Below are positions 1 through 11,222 of a stretch of 64,000 nt of DNA, one piece after another. The notes beneath the pieces are model-generated. The model saw only the letters and a list, made by a program, of their open reading frames with translations. It had not been told where the DNA came from and did no database searches. Numbering within the stretch: the first letter of the stretch is position 1; the number at the start of each line of letters is the position of its first letter. Source of the stretch: Octopus sinensis. Its lineage: Eukaryota. Made by a program: the position numbers and the translations under genes. The stretch lies in the NCBI RefSeq assembly GCF_006345805.1, contig NC_043011.1:35476464-35540463 (forward strand). The letters run 5' to 3'.

Positions 1-27
1 TATATGTATATATATATATGCATATAT

Positions 28-255
28 GATGGACTTCTTTCAGTTTCCGTCTACCAAATCTATATGTACCAAACTAGTTTTGACAATTTAGTTTCTGATT
101 CATTTCACATTGCACAACACCTTAGGCCAGCCCCTGGATGACCAATGAGGCTGTATATAATGATACCTATCCAAGATGCCGCCTGGTGGAATTGAACCCA
201 AAAAGCAGATGGTTGCAAAGCAAAATTCTTAACTACTTAGCCATACTTGTAAGTA
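28..255 (-). mobile_element. Degenerate 5' half of tRNA-derived SINE family A
   Basis: GGACTTCTTTCAGTTTCCGTCTACCAAATC matches the reverse complement of the family A body seen in full copies (e.g. 34959-35365); degenerate head at ~115-255. Confidence 0.55.
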
Positions 256-541
256 CATATACATATATATAATTACACAGATATAAACACATATATTTAA
301 AATCCTTGCTGTCATTGGCTTAATAAGGTTCTTTTAAAGACATGTATATATAAGTTTACATTAAAAAAAAACTTGTTTGTCAAAGACTTAATAAGATATT
401 TTTTAAGGTGTATATATAAATATATATGTATATCTTATAAGAAAACCTTGCTTGTCAATGTGTTAATAAGGTTTTCTTAAGATATCTGTAAATATGCACG
501 TACATGTGTGTGTATATATCTATATATCTATATACATACAT

Positions 542-581
<40 letters not shown>

Positions 582-659
582 CACAAACACCCTCCCCACA
601 CACACACGTGTGTGTTTTCAGAACACTTTACTGCCAGGGAGTTAATAAGGTTTCTGAAG

Positions 660-1042
<383 letters not shown>

Positions 1043-1153
1043 TGTTACATAACACCTCGTTGTCGATGAGTTAATGTCTTCAAGAAACAAACCAAATAAC
1101 TTGTTTAACAGTTGTTCTGTGTAAATGACTAACACACGTTTCTGTTCAAACAG

Positions 1154-1199
1154 TAAATCATGTTGTCAATAAATTAACTGATGTAATTGAAGGAGCAAA
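1154..1199 (+). CDS. Candidate 46-nt internal coding exon ([16 protein letters not shown]), gene unknown
   Basis: Acceptor TTTCTGTTCAAACAG, donor GTAGGA, open frame ending in phase 2, compatible with the 7651 exon; no homology recognised. Confidence 0.25.
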
Positions 1200-1380
1200 G
1201 TAGGAAATACATTCAAAACATAAAAAAAAAAGAAAACAAGCAGAAAAAAAAAATTTGAAAGGATGAAAAAAAAATATCTATATATATATATAAAAAAAAA
1301 TTATGTTTCAGCTTATTATAAAGTAATTTTGTAACAGATGAAAATTTTGCCAATTGCCAGATGCTCAGAACTGAAATTAC

Positions 1381-1382
<2 letters not shown>

Positions 1383-1473
<91 letters not shown>

Positions 1474-1515
1474 GATTATCACTTTCATTTTCATCATCAT
1501 CATCATCATCATTAT
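1383..1515. repeat. (TTA)n/(TCA)n microsatellite
   Basis: Direct reading. Confidence 0.95.
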
Positions 1516-1814
1516 CATTTGTTAATTTGCTACTATGGAGATAAATAATTGATAGTAAACATGAGATGAAGTTTAGTTGGTTGTTTCACTATGAGTTTGA
1601 CAAAGTTTGGAGTTATATCTTACTTGCAAATCTCATTGTGATATAATATAGTATCTCTTTCTCTCTCTTCCCCTCTCTCTCCCTCCCTCTCTCTCTATCT
1701 ATCTCTCTAGTTTAGAATAGATGTATTAGAAGTTTTCTTATCAATAATTCTGCTGATTCAAACATCGTTCCTCAGACTGCCCTGCAACAGAAAGAAAACT
1801 GTAATAAGAATTGG

Positions 1815-2545
1815 ATGGTGTGAAAGGGTAGTGGTTTGGAATAATTACACTGTGTAATACGATTTTTGTCCTTTGGGTAGTGACTGCTATTTCCTATTTG
1901 CTTACTGTAGGAAGTATGAAAAACGGCTAATATCTCCTTCAAATTTTGCTTTAGTTATATTTATTTAAACCCCAAAGAATTCCTCTCAGCACATGGCTAT
2001 AATGCTCTGCCATTACTCCTACTTGTCATAAGAGATTCTTGTACTGTCAACTGCTAAGGGACATGCTCATGTGGTGAAGGTCCAGCAACTGAGAAGCAAA
2101 TTTGAGGTTTTGAGTAAAATATCTGCTGTGGCCCATCTTTTACACCAAGTGCCGATTGCTTTGGCTCTTTGTAGATTTAATTCAAGACTGAGATGATGTG
2201 AAAGGGTTTTCTGTTGGGAGGGTTAACACTGTGTAACACGATTTTTGTCCTGGGGTAGCGATTGTTATTTCCTATTTTCCTACCCCTAGAAGGTATGAAA
2301 ACTTTCAAATCTTGCTTTAGTTATGATATTTATTCAAACCCCAACCTTTTAACCCATGGCTATGATGCTTCTCCATTGCTCCTACTTGTGATCAGAGATG
2401 CTCATATTGTCAGCCACTTAGGGACATGCTCAACTGGTTAAGGTCAAATGAGTGACAAGCAAATCTGTGGTACTCAGCAGGATATTTGCTGTAGCCCATC
2501 TCTTACACCAAGTGCCAATTGTTCTGGCACTTTGTAGTCCAAGTT
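1815..2545 (-). mobile_element. Two tandem degenerate copies (~365-380 bp period) of non-LTR retroposon family G
   Basis: Both contain CATGGCTAT(A/G)ATGCT...CCTACTTGT...GGGACATGCTCA...AAGGTC...GCCCATCT(T/C)TTACACCAAG, shared with 23257-23755; anchors TGTGAAAGGG at 1819 and 2197. Confidence 0.75.
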
Positions 2546-2574
2546 CAAATCCCAGCAGGGTGAACATTGCCTTG

Positions 2575-2690
2575 GAAACATGTGAGGTGTTGGTAACAGG
2601 AAAGGCATCCAGCTATAGAGAAAGCAATCTCAACAAATTCCATCTGACCCATGCTAGCATTGGAATGTGAATGTTAAAGGATGATGATGG
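2575..2690 (+). mobile_element. Short RTE-type 3' tail variant (C') ending in GAT repeats
   Basis: GGAAAGGCATCCAGCTATAG...AAATTCCATCTGACCCATGCTAGCAT...GTTAAAGGATGATGATG; sister copy at 4578-4760. Confidence 0.65.
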
Positions 2691-3203
2691 GGATTGATAA
2701 ATAAACAATCAGTCAATTAGAGGGACAGAGTCCTAACACCAGGCTATTGGTATCGTGGTACTTAAAGTGAAATAATAAAAAATATATATTTATATAATAC
2801 TTACTGTATGGCCAAGCCCAATAAATACAAAGTTTGAAAAGAAAAAAATGGTTTGAGAAGGTCAAGTGAAAGCTGGGACATCTTTGATCATTTGGCTGCT
2901 GGATAAGTGATAAGTGCTGATTTGGGGACTAGAAGCAACAACAATAACAATGACATCAGTGGGTTCACTTAAACTTATTTAAACTGCTAGAAATAATCGT
3001 TACACATATTACAAAACATGCACACACACACACACACACAATCAACATTTAATGTGCTGAACAAATGACTTGTAAAATATAGTCCTGACATGATGTATTA
3101 ACAAAAAAAAAAGAGGACTTGATGAATGCTGGATTTCTTTGAATCATCCTACCCTGGTATGAAGCAATAATATTGCACCTCAGTGCCAACATTAAACAAA
3201 ATT

Positions 3204-3374
3204 ATAGGTGTGACTGTGTGCTTAAGGAGCTTGCTTCCCCACCATGTGGGTCATGGGTTCAGACCTATGACTACATCGCACTTTAGGGCAAGTGCCTTCT
3301 ATTATAGCCCCTGGCTGACCAAAGCCTTGTGAGTGGATTTAGTAGATGGAAAATGAAAGAAGCTCATTGTATAC
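3204..3374 (+). mobile_element. SINE family A, 5' half
   Basis: GGGCAAGTGCCTTCTATTATAGCC...GACCAAAGCCTTGTGAGTGGATTTAGTAGATGGAAA. Confidence 0.8.
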
Positions 3375-3445
3375 ATATATATTCACATGTGTATGTGTTA
3401 GTGTCTGTGTGTGTGCATATATATATGTGCGTGTGTGTGCCTATG

Positions 3446-3477
<32 letters not shown>

Positions 3478-3481
<4 letters not shown>

Positions 3482-3866
3482 ATAAATATTAGGGAATAAA
3501 TCCAAATTTACAGGGAAAAATCAGATTTAGGATTGAATCCAATTTTATAGTAAAATATTATACCTTATAAATTAAAGTTAATATTTAACATTATAGTCGA
3601 TTTTGATATAATCTTATTTAATAATAGAGTTTATTATAAGTAAATTTTTATTTTTATTTAGATTATATAGATTATTTATATCTTAAAAATATTGATTATT
3701 TTTAGGTTTTGAAACCACCTGAAGAATGTCTCATAGAAGTGCTGACACGAAACGATCGTAGTGGTTATTTTAATTAAATTTAATTTATATAAATTATTTT
3801 ATGTATTGGCTTAAGTCTTTCTTTGTTTGATTTGCATAATAGTGGTTTTGTCTCTAATTTAATATA
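3478..3866 (+). mobile_element. AT-rich Penelope-like terminal repeat (pLTR-like, family P1) flanked by (TA)n
   Basis: Non-coding block between TA microsatellites carrying a minimal hammerhead; Penelope assignment is inferred from the ribozyme architecture. Confidence 0.55.
3713..3766 (+). ncRNA. Minimal type I hammerhead ribozyme motif
   Basis: Helix I AACCAC/GTGGTT; core CTGAAGA; helix II TGTC/GACA with A.C in place of G10.1-C11.1; GAA; helix III AC-GATC-GT (palindrome ACGATCGT); cleavage triplet GTA after 3760. Confidence 0.8.
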
Positions 3867-4341
3867 ATATATATATATATATATACACACACATATATAT
3901 ATCAATATAAATTAGAAATGAAACCAAAATAATAGATTGGACAATTAAATTTAATCATTAAATGATAGATTCAATTCAGTTTTATTATTTTATACAAACA
4001 AATGACACATCTAGTAAATTATGCCTGTTTCTACACCATTAACAAAAACAGGTTTTTCAAGAATAATAAAATACTGTTTTAGATATAATAAGAGTTCATC
4101 AGATGGACATATCTTCTTAAATATCTCACAAAAAATAGCAATTGAAAATTTTTATAACTGCTAACGCTTTTCAAAAATATGGTTTTTTAAGAGCATGCTT
4201 AATCATAAATATATATGTATGAGTGTGTGCATGTGTTTGTTATTGTGCACCCTTGTCTTGGTATCATATAATGATTGTAAACGAGCTTGTTGTTCATTTC
4301 CAGTCTTCTGTGGAGAATATGTGTGGCTATTAGAAATATTG

Positions 4342-4556
4342 GTTCCAAGTTTTGGTACAAGGCAAGCAGTTTCGGAGGAGGGAGCAAGTCAATTACACCA
4401 ATCCCAGGGTTCAAATGGCATTTATTTTATTGACCCCGGAATGATGAAAGGCACAGCTGGTGTTGGCAGCATTCGAACACAGAACGTAAAGTTGAGCAGA
4501 ATGCCACTGATCCTTTTTTTTTCTTAGAACACTAACGATTCTGCCAGCTCACCTGG
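4342..4556 (-). mobile_element. SINE family B (tail type 3)
   Basis: Reverse complement of GGTGAGCTGGCAGAATCGTTAG...CCTTTCATCATTCCGGGGTCAATAAAATAAATGCC. Confidence 0.7.
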
Positions 4557-4577
4557 AAGCTACAAGAAATGTTAGTT

Positions 4578-4760
4578 TACCTGGAAACACCTGTGAGTTG
4601 GTGACAGGAAGGACATGCAGCCATTGAAAAGGTCTGCCTCAAAAAATTCCATCTGAAGCATGCATGCTTGGATAAAGGTAGATGATGATGATGATGACGA
4701 CAACGACGATGGTGATGGTGATGATAGCAATGATGGTGATGATGATGATGATGATGACAA
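4578..4760 (+). mobile_element. RTE-type 3' tail variant (C') with expanded (GAT)n tail
   Basis: TTGGTGACAGGAAGGACATGCAGCC...AAATTCCATCTGAAGCATGCATGC followed by GAT repeats. Confidence 0.65.
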
Positions 4761-5174
4761 TCATGATGATATATACTGAAATCAAAACAGCAAGAAGAAA
4801 AAAAAAGGACAAACAAACAAAAGATTAATTAAATTTTGTAAATATTAATTCATCTGCACTTAATATAGAAATTAAATTTGAACAAAAAAAAATTCTGATT
4901 TTCAAAAAATCAACTAAAAATATGTAAATAAATAAATGAATTAACAAATGAACAAACTGAATTCTTAATAAAAATGCTACAAAGAAAGAAATCTATCTTT
5001 GTACTTGAGACATATCTTTTTGCTTTCTTTTTTGTTTTTTTTTGTACAAAGATTAAAATCAAAGTCTAGAAAATATCTAAATACAGATGTGATATTTTAG
5101 ACTTTCTAAGTTAACAAGTTTTTGTTCATTTTTAGCTAAAGTGTAAATCTAATCTAAACTGTATTTTAAATATA

Positions 5175-5243
5175 TATGCATGTATGTATGTATGTATGTA
5201 TGTATGTATGTATGTATGTATGTATGTATGTATGTATGTATAT

Positions 5244-5287
<44 letters not shown>

Positions 5288-5332
5288 ACACATATATATA
5301 TATATAGATATACATATATATGCATACATATA

Positions 5333-5380
<48 letters not shown>

Positions 5381-5400
5381 TACATGTGTGTGTGTGTGGT
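5175..5400. repeat. (TATG)n/(TA)n/(CA)n compound microsatellite
   Basis: Direct reading. Confidence 0.95.
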
Positions 5401-5512
5401 GTTAGTTTGATGCTATTTTAAATAAAATGATGTATATATATTTACAATTTGACATTTATTTTGCCCACTATGGTTTAAATAATAATAATGATGATGATGA
5501 TAATAATAATAA

Positions 5513-5745
5513 GGCAGCGAGTTGGCAGAAACGTTAGCATGTCAGGCGATATGTGTAGCCGTATTTCGTCTGCTGTTACGTTCTGAGTTCAAATTCTGCC
5601 GAGGTCGACTTTGCCTTTCATCCTTTCGGGGTCGATAAATTAAGTACCAGTTACGCACTGGAATCGATTTAATCGACTTAATCCGTTTGTCTGTCCTTGT
5701 TTGCCCTCTCTGTGTTTAGCCCCTTGTGGGTAGTAAAGAAATAGA
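5513..5745 (+). mobile_element. SINE family B, full length (tail type 1), within (AAT)n
   Basis: GGCAGCGAGTTGGCAGAAACGTTAGC...GAGTTCAAATTC (B-box-like)...CCTTTCATCCTTTCGGGGTCGATAAATTAAGTACCAG...GTAGTAAAGAAATAG. Confidence 0.9.
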
Positions 5746-5774
5746 TAATATTAATAATAATAATGATAATAATG

Positions 5775-5807
<33 letters not shown>

Positions 5808-5911
5808 GTAGTAGTAATAACAATGATGATGATGATGATGATAATAATATTAATATTAATAATAATAATAATTATAATAATAATAATGATGATGATGATT
5901 TCATTTATTTA

Positions 5912-5990
5912 CTACATTTTGTGTCTGTCATTGTATTGTACCCCCTCATCCACTGAGGGGGTACAATACAAAAACAGACACAAAATGTGG
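5912..5990. repeat. Near-perfect 79-nt inverted repeat (37-position stem, 5-nt loop)
   Basis: 34 Watson-Crick pairs, 1 G:T and 2 mismatches by manual pairing; loop TCCAC 5949-5953. Confidence 0.9.
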
Positions 5991-6162
5991 GGTTTTACAA
6001 ATAATGAAATGATTTTAAAAAATTAGGGTTTAAGTATATGCTGTATACAATGAAAAGAAAGGGGAATATACACAGCGTACAGAGGTTTAAAAAATAAAGA
6101 CATGACAGAGTTGACCAATATCTACACTGGATAACATATGTCAGCATTATAAAATCAGAACT

Positions 6163-6365
6163 AAGGTGGCAAGCTGGCCGAGTCATTTGCATGCTGGGCC
6201 AAATGCTTAGCAGTATATCACCTGTTGTTACGTTCTGAGTTCGGCTTTGCTTTTCATCCTATCAGGGTCGATGAATTAAGTACCAGTGAAACAGTGGTGT
6301 CGATGTAATCTACCAGTCCCCTCTCCCAAAATTTCAGGCCTTGTGCCTTTAGTAGAAAGGATTAT
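6163..6365 (+). mobile_element. SINE family B (tail type 2)
   Basis: B head/core then CCCCTCTCCCAAAATTTCAGGCCTTGTGCCTTTAGTAGAAAGGATTAT. Confidence 0.8.
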
Positions 6366-6381
6366 AAAATCAAAACTTTAT

Positions 6382-6612
6382 TTACATTATTTGCCTTATT
6401 TACGTTTGATGGATATTTGTCCTCATGTTGTTTGTTGTTAACAATTTTCGGCTGATATACCTTCCAGGCTTCAATTATTTACATTATTTAGATTTAATGG
6501 ATTTTGTCCTCATCTTGTTTATTGTTAACACGTTTCAGCTGATATACCCTAAATGGTGTGTTAACAGGAAACAAGATGAGGAGAAATATCCATCAAATGT
6601 AAATAATGTACA
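6382..6612. mobile_element. Penelope-like pLTR fragments (P3): two tandem copies plus one inverted, with truncated hammerhead halves
   Basis: GGAT(A)TTTGTCCTCAT(G/C)TTGTTT(G/A)TTGTTAACA twice in direct orientation and once inverted (~6553-6610); minus strand shows CAGC(C/T)GAAA as the 3' half of a hammerhead but no CTGANGA. Confidence 0.55.
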
Positions 6613-6811
6613 TAATTCCTTATCTCTTAAATACAGAACTGTAAAATCAGAACTGCTAACAAATGGTACAAGCACCACCCTGAGGCTGTAACTGGGGCAG
6701 AAATATAACACTTCTTTGGGACTTTCCAGTATGTACAGACTGGACCACCAAAACTAATAAATTAGATATTGTTGTGAAAGACCAAAACAATAAAATCTGT
6801 TTATTGATTAA

Positions 6812-7207
6812 CGTAGGAGTGGCTGTGTGGTAAGTAGCTTGCTTACCAACCACATGGCTCTGGATTCAGTCCCACTGTGTGGCACCTTGGGCCAGTGTCT
6901 TTTACTATAGCCTCGGGCCGACCAAAGCCTTGTGAGTGGATTTGGTAGATGGAAACTGAAAGAAGCTCATTGTGTGTATGTATATATATATGTATGTGTG
7001 TCTGTGTATATGTTTGTGTGTCTGTGTTTGTCCTCTCAACATCGCTTGACAACTGATGCTGGTGTGTTTACGTCCCCGTAACTTAGCGGTTCAGCAAAAG
7101 AGACCAATAGAATAAGTACTAGGCTTACAAAGAATAAGTCCTGGGGTTGATTTGCTTGACTAAAGGTGGCCACAGTCAAATGACTGAAACAAGTAAAAGA
7201 GTAAAAA
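6812..7207 (+). mobile_element. SINE family A, full length
   Basis: tRNA-like head GTAGGAGTGGCTGTGTGG...GATTCAGTCCC, core CCTTGGGCCAGTGTCTT, internal (TA/TG)n linker, tail ending GACTGAAACAAGTAAAAGAG. Confidence 0.92.
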
Positions 7208-7214
7208 GTATGAG

Positions 7215-7455
7215 CATACCTGGCGATCATATCTCGGCAAAAGAATAAGCTCAGAAAATGTAAAGATTTGCTGATTGAAATCGAATAACATGTGACATCA
7301 TAAGATGGTTACAATATCAATGATTGCAAGAGCACTTGGAATGATCAAAAAAAGGAACTGAAATTTATTTGAGGATGATCCCTGGATTACCATCCATGCA
7401 AGAAGTGCAAAAGTTTACCTGAACTGATATGTAACATGTATTGAGAAGAGCATTG
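7215..7455 (+). pseudogene. R4/Dong-type non-LTR retrotransposon ORF C-terminus (RLE endonuclease), degenerate
   Basis: With frameshifts reads KLRKCKDLLIEIE...ALGMIKKGTEIYLRMIPGLPSMQEVQK...HVLRRAL, matching the K-x-x-K-Y-x-D-L / G-A-L-G pattern of RLE-type LINE C-termini. Confidence 0.75.
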
Positions 7456-7650
7456 AAGCTGTGAATTTTCTTTCCTTTTTCCCCTTAATTTTATTTGTTT
7501 TCTTTTTTCATCTTTTTCTTTTTTCCTTCTTTCCTTTTTCTCTCGGTCTTTCTTCCCCTTCTTTTTCTATCACATGACTTTGTAAATGAAAAATCTGGTA
7601 ATGTTATTCTGATGGCCTTCTAATGTATACATTGAGTTTCTTTTCCCTAG

Positions 7651-7789
7651 GTGTTGGGAAGAAACTCGGCAAGAAATAGAAACAAAATTGAAAGAAGATA
7701 ATGATAATGATTATTATAATAACAATAATAATAAGAATAATAATAAATGCTCCGATGCAATATCAGACAGTGACTCTAATGGTTTCTGA
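7651..7789 (+). CDS. Candidate terminal coding exon of an unidentified host gene (CWEETRQEIETKLKEDNDNDYYNNNNNKNNNKCSDAISDSDSNGF*)
   Basis: Strong acceptor GAGTTTCTTTTCCCTAG|G with a long upstream pyrimidine tract; the phase-2 frame is open for 45 codons to TGA 7787-7789, the other frames close early; no family recognised. Confidence 0.45.
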
Positions 7790-7817
7790 TCTTAAATGCA
7801 TGGAAGTATATGCTTTG

Positions 7818-8098
7818 CCTTGGTATAAAAGATGGACTACAGCAAATATTCTGCTCAGTAACACAGATTTGCTTGTCAGTTGCTTGACTTTAACTAGTAG
7901 AGCATGTCCCTTGGTGGTTGATGATATGTGTTCCTCAGATAATGAGAAGTAGTTGGGGAGCATCATAGCCATATGTTGAGTAGGATTTATGGGTATTTGA
8001 ATTACTCACTCCTGGAAACATGGGTGTTTTGTTCATCATCCTTAAACAACCCTTATTCAAGGATCTTTTTAGTGGAACGAGATACTCAGCCTGAAGGG
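7818..8098 (+). mobile_element. Retroposon family G fragment
   Basis: CTTGGTATAAAAGATGGACTACAGCAAATATTCTGCTCAG...GAGCATCATAGCCAT...CCTTAAACAACCCTTATTCA. Confidence 0.85.
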
Positions 8099-8221
8099 AG
8101 GAAAAATAATTATGAACATTATTATGGAAGCAATGAAGAATGACCTTGACCTTTGGTTATATACCATGCTTGAGATGACCTATCAAGCTAAGTGAGTTCA
8201 TAGTCATGGCCAATGCTAGTG

Positions 8222-8415
8222 TAACAGAACTGGCACCCATGCCAGTGGCATGTAGAAAGGACCCACTACACTCTTAGAGTGGTTGGCATCAGGAAGGGCA
8301 TCCAGTTGTAGAAACCATGTCAAATCAGATTGGAACCTGGTGCAGCTCCCCAGCTTACCAATTTCCAGTCAAACCGTCCAACCCATGCCAGCATGGAAAA
8401 CGGACGTTAAAAGAA

Positions 8416-8448
<33 letters not shown>
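8222..8448 (+). mobile_element. 5'-truncated RTE LINE 3' end (family C) with (GAT)n tail
   Basis: CCCACTACACTC...GGAAGGGCATCCAG...CCAACCCATGCCAGCATGGAAAACGGACGTTAAA + GAT repeats; same as the end of 12975-14177. Confidence 0.9.
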
Positions 8449-9360
8449 ACTAGATAAAGAAACAGTTAAGAGAATTAGATTAAACACAGATGTATAGTTA
8501 TTTAGGAACCAATGAACTAAACACAAATGAAACCAATATTAGAGAGTAATGTTGTAGACAGATTGGATTAATACTTGATAGAGAGCTATATGCAAAAAGT
8601 AAGATAAGAGGCATCAATACTCTAGGTGTCCCTGTAACAAGTTATAGTTGTAATATTCTCAGCTCAACACTTAAATAGTCTGGCAAGACTAGGCGAGGAA
8701 ACAAGGGAAATAATGATTGCATTTAGAAAACATCTCCCATACAAAATATAACATTGAAACATTTCATTTACCATGAATACAAGGAAATTATAGCTAAATG
8801 TCCTCTTCGCTATACAAAATGTATTGTATATAATTATGGAAAAATTCAATGCAAATCTACAAAATATGAATGAAACAAAAATCAGTTTTCTGTCTTCAAG
8901 GAAGCTAATAAATACAAAACAAAGTATGCAGTGACAGATAGTTATAAAGAAAATGGAGAAATGATGATAGAAATTAACTATGAAGTAGCTAGAAGCTAAT
9001 CTAAAATTGGCAATAGAGAACACCATGATAAAATAATAATAGAAAAAAATCCCTCTCTTTTGGCTAATACTGGGAAAAGGGCTGGACAGAGTTGAAATTG
9101 ACAAAGAAAAGTGTCAGCATTGGCTGAAGTTTGCTCAATCTGAATTGATTTGGGATTTAACAACAATAAAACAACTGCCCTCTTAGAGATTCACCATGCA
9201 ATTTGTTACTCTCTCTACTCATCTGTTTCGAAAAAAGATGGGTGAATGTAGCAAGGATGGCATGTATGAATGACGAAGCCACCTTGAGCATAATCCTATG
9301 AATCCGGAAAATTTAAAACAGAGGGTTATCTACTTGCAAACAAACATGGTAACATGTAAC
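8449..9360 (+). pseudogene. Degenerate R4/Dong-type LINE fragment (RT C-terminus/thumb to CCHC region)
   Basis: YSYLG; ELYAKSKIRGINTLGVPVTSYSCNILS; ETREIMIAFRKH; VEIDKEKCQHWLK, all in + frames with stops and frameshifts. Confidence 0.75.
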
Positions 9361-9639
9361 ATTATTGACTGAGGTTACCGTGGTCTTTTCTGTAGGCTTT
9401 TCTTCCCACGGATAAACCTTATCTGCTGCCCCCTTTACACTTTACATCATGACACTGTGATACATGATCCCTATTGATTGTTTTTTTTTCTCTTTTCCTT
9501 TTTTTTCTTCTTTCTCTTTTTATGATCCCTTTGATTGAAAACCTACCCCACCTTTGTTTTTCTCTCCCCCAAAACGAAAAGCTCTACTTTGTTATCTGTC
9601 CCGTCTGTGTGCAGCCCTGTGTGGCTAATAAAGAAACAT

Positions 9640-9660
9640 ATCTATCTATCCTTCTCTCTC

Positions 9661-9714
<54 letters not shown>

Positions 9715-9761
9715 CTTCTATCTATCTATCTATCCTATCTATCTGTATCTATTTATCTATC

Positions 9762-9847
<86 letters not shown>

Positions 9848-9895
9848 ATCTATCTATCTGTATCTATCTATCGATCTGTATCTATCTATCGATCG

Positions 9896-9955
<60 letters not shown>
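9640..9955. repeat. (CTAT)n microsatellite
   Basis: Direct reading. Confidence 0.95.
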
Positions 9956-10275
9956 CACTGTAGCTCTGTCTCTGTTTATTTCAGTTTCTCTTTTCTCTCT
10001 TCCTTTCTAGCATTCACCATCTACAGTGACATACTGTCTCTTTGTGTCTATCTCTCTGTCTGTCTGTTTGTCTACGGCATGCACCATGCATGATTAAATT
10101 ATGTCTATTTCATCTTCTCTAACCCCTGTCCCTCAATATACTCCTGATTAATCCCTGAACTATAAACTGCAGCCTCATCCGGCATCATTTTATATTGTTT
10201 TTGAACCATTGTCTGAAGCATTATGGATAGGAAATTCTATATCTGTTTTCTTCTACATGTATATCCTGTGTAGCA

Positions 10276-10503
10276 TGTAGCATGGAATTAAAAGTAGACC
10301 AAATTTCTGTAACATGTAGCATGGAATTAAAAGTAGACAAAATTTCTGTAACATGTAGCATGGAATTAAAAGTAGACAAAATTTCTGTAACATGTAGCAT
10401 GGAATTAAAAGTAGACCAAATTTCTGTAACATGTAGCATGGAATTAAAAGTAGACAAAATTTCTGTAACATGTAGCATGGAATTAAAAGTAGACCAAATT
10501 TCT
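10276..10503. repeat. 39-bp minisatellite, ~5.8 copies
   Basis: Unit TGTAGCATGGAATTAAAAGTAGAC(C/A)AAATTTCTGTAACA; only one position varies. Confidence 0.97.
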
Positions 10504-10586
10504 TCAGTCTTATGATGATATGTTTCTCTACATGTATTTGCTAATGCATGCATGTGCATGTGTGTGCATGTGTGTCTGTTAACTTT

Positions 10587-11222
10587 CTGTAATCCCTTGA
10601 CTATCACAGGTATTACGTTCCGAAATCCTCCATGATAGGTGAAAATCTAAGAAGTAGAAACAATACAGTACTGTATTTTAAAAATTTTTTTCTTAATTTG
10701 CACATATTTATTCTTTTACTTATTTCAGTCGTTTGACTGTGGCCATGCTGGAGCACCACCTTTAATCAAGCAAATCGAGCCCAGGACTTATTCTTTGTAA
10801 GTCTAGTACTTATTCTATTGCTCTCTTTTGCTGAACTGCTAAGTTACGGGGATGTAAACACACCAGCATCAGTTATCAAGTGATGTTGGGGAGGGGGACA
10901 AATGCAGACACAAATACACACACATATATATACATATACATATATACGACAGGCTTCTTCCAGTTTCTGTCTACCAAATCCACTCACAAGGCTTTGGTCG
11001 GCCCGAGGCTATAGTAGAAGACACTTGCCCAAGGTGCCACGCAGTGGGACTGAACCCAGAACCATGTGGTTGGTAAGCAAGCTACTTACCACACAGCCAC
11101 TCCTGTGCCTAATTACTTTATCATAAATACAAAACAACACCACAGAGGAATTGATGTAAGCTTAAATAATAGACCACGATAGGTGAACTGCAATAGGTAA
11201 ACCGTGATATGAGGGATTACCG
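10587..11222. mobile_element. Tigger/pogo-like MITE (~230 bp native) interrupted by a family A SINE
   Basis: TIRs CTGTAATCCCTTGACTATCAC / reverse complement CGGTAATCCCTCATATCAC; subterminal GATAGGTGAA motifs; TA at the right flank (11223-11224). Confidence 0.7.
10709..11110 (-). mobile_element. SINE family A, full length
   Basis: Reverse complement of 6812-7207. Confidence 0.92.

Noticed and set aside
1700-1800. Strong minus-strand acceptor TTTTCTTTCTGTTGCAG at 1782
   Set aside because: All three frames stop within ~40 nt and no convincing donor follows
10276-10503. Possible CRISPR-like array (also the 157-bp RTE repeats)
   Set aside because: Units are contiguous with no unique spacers; eukaryotic context and no cas genes
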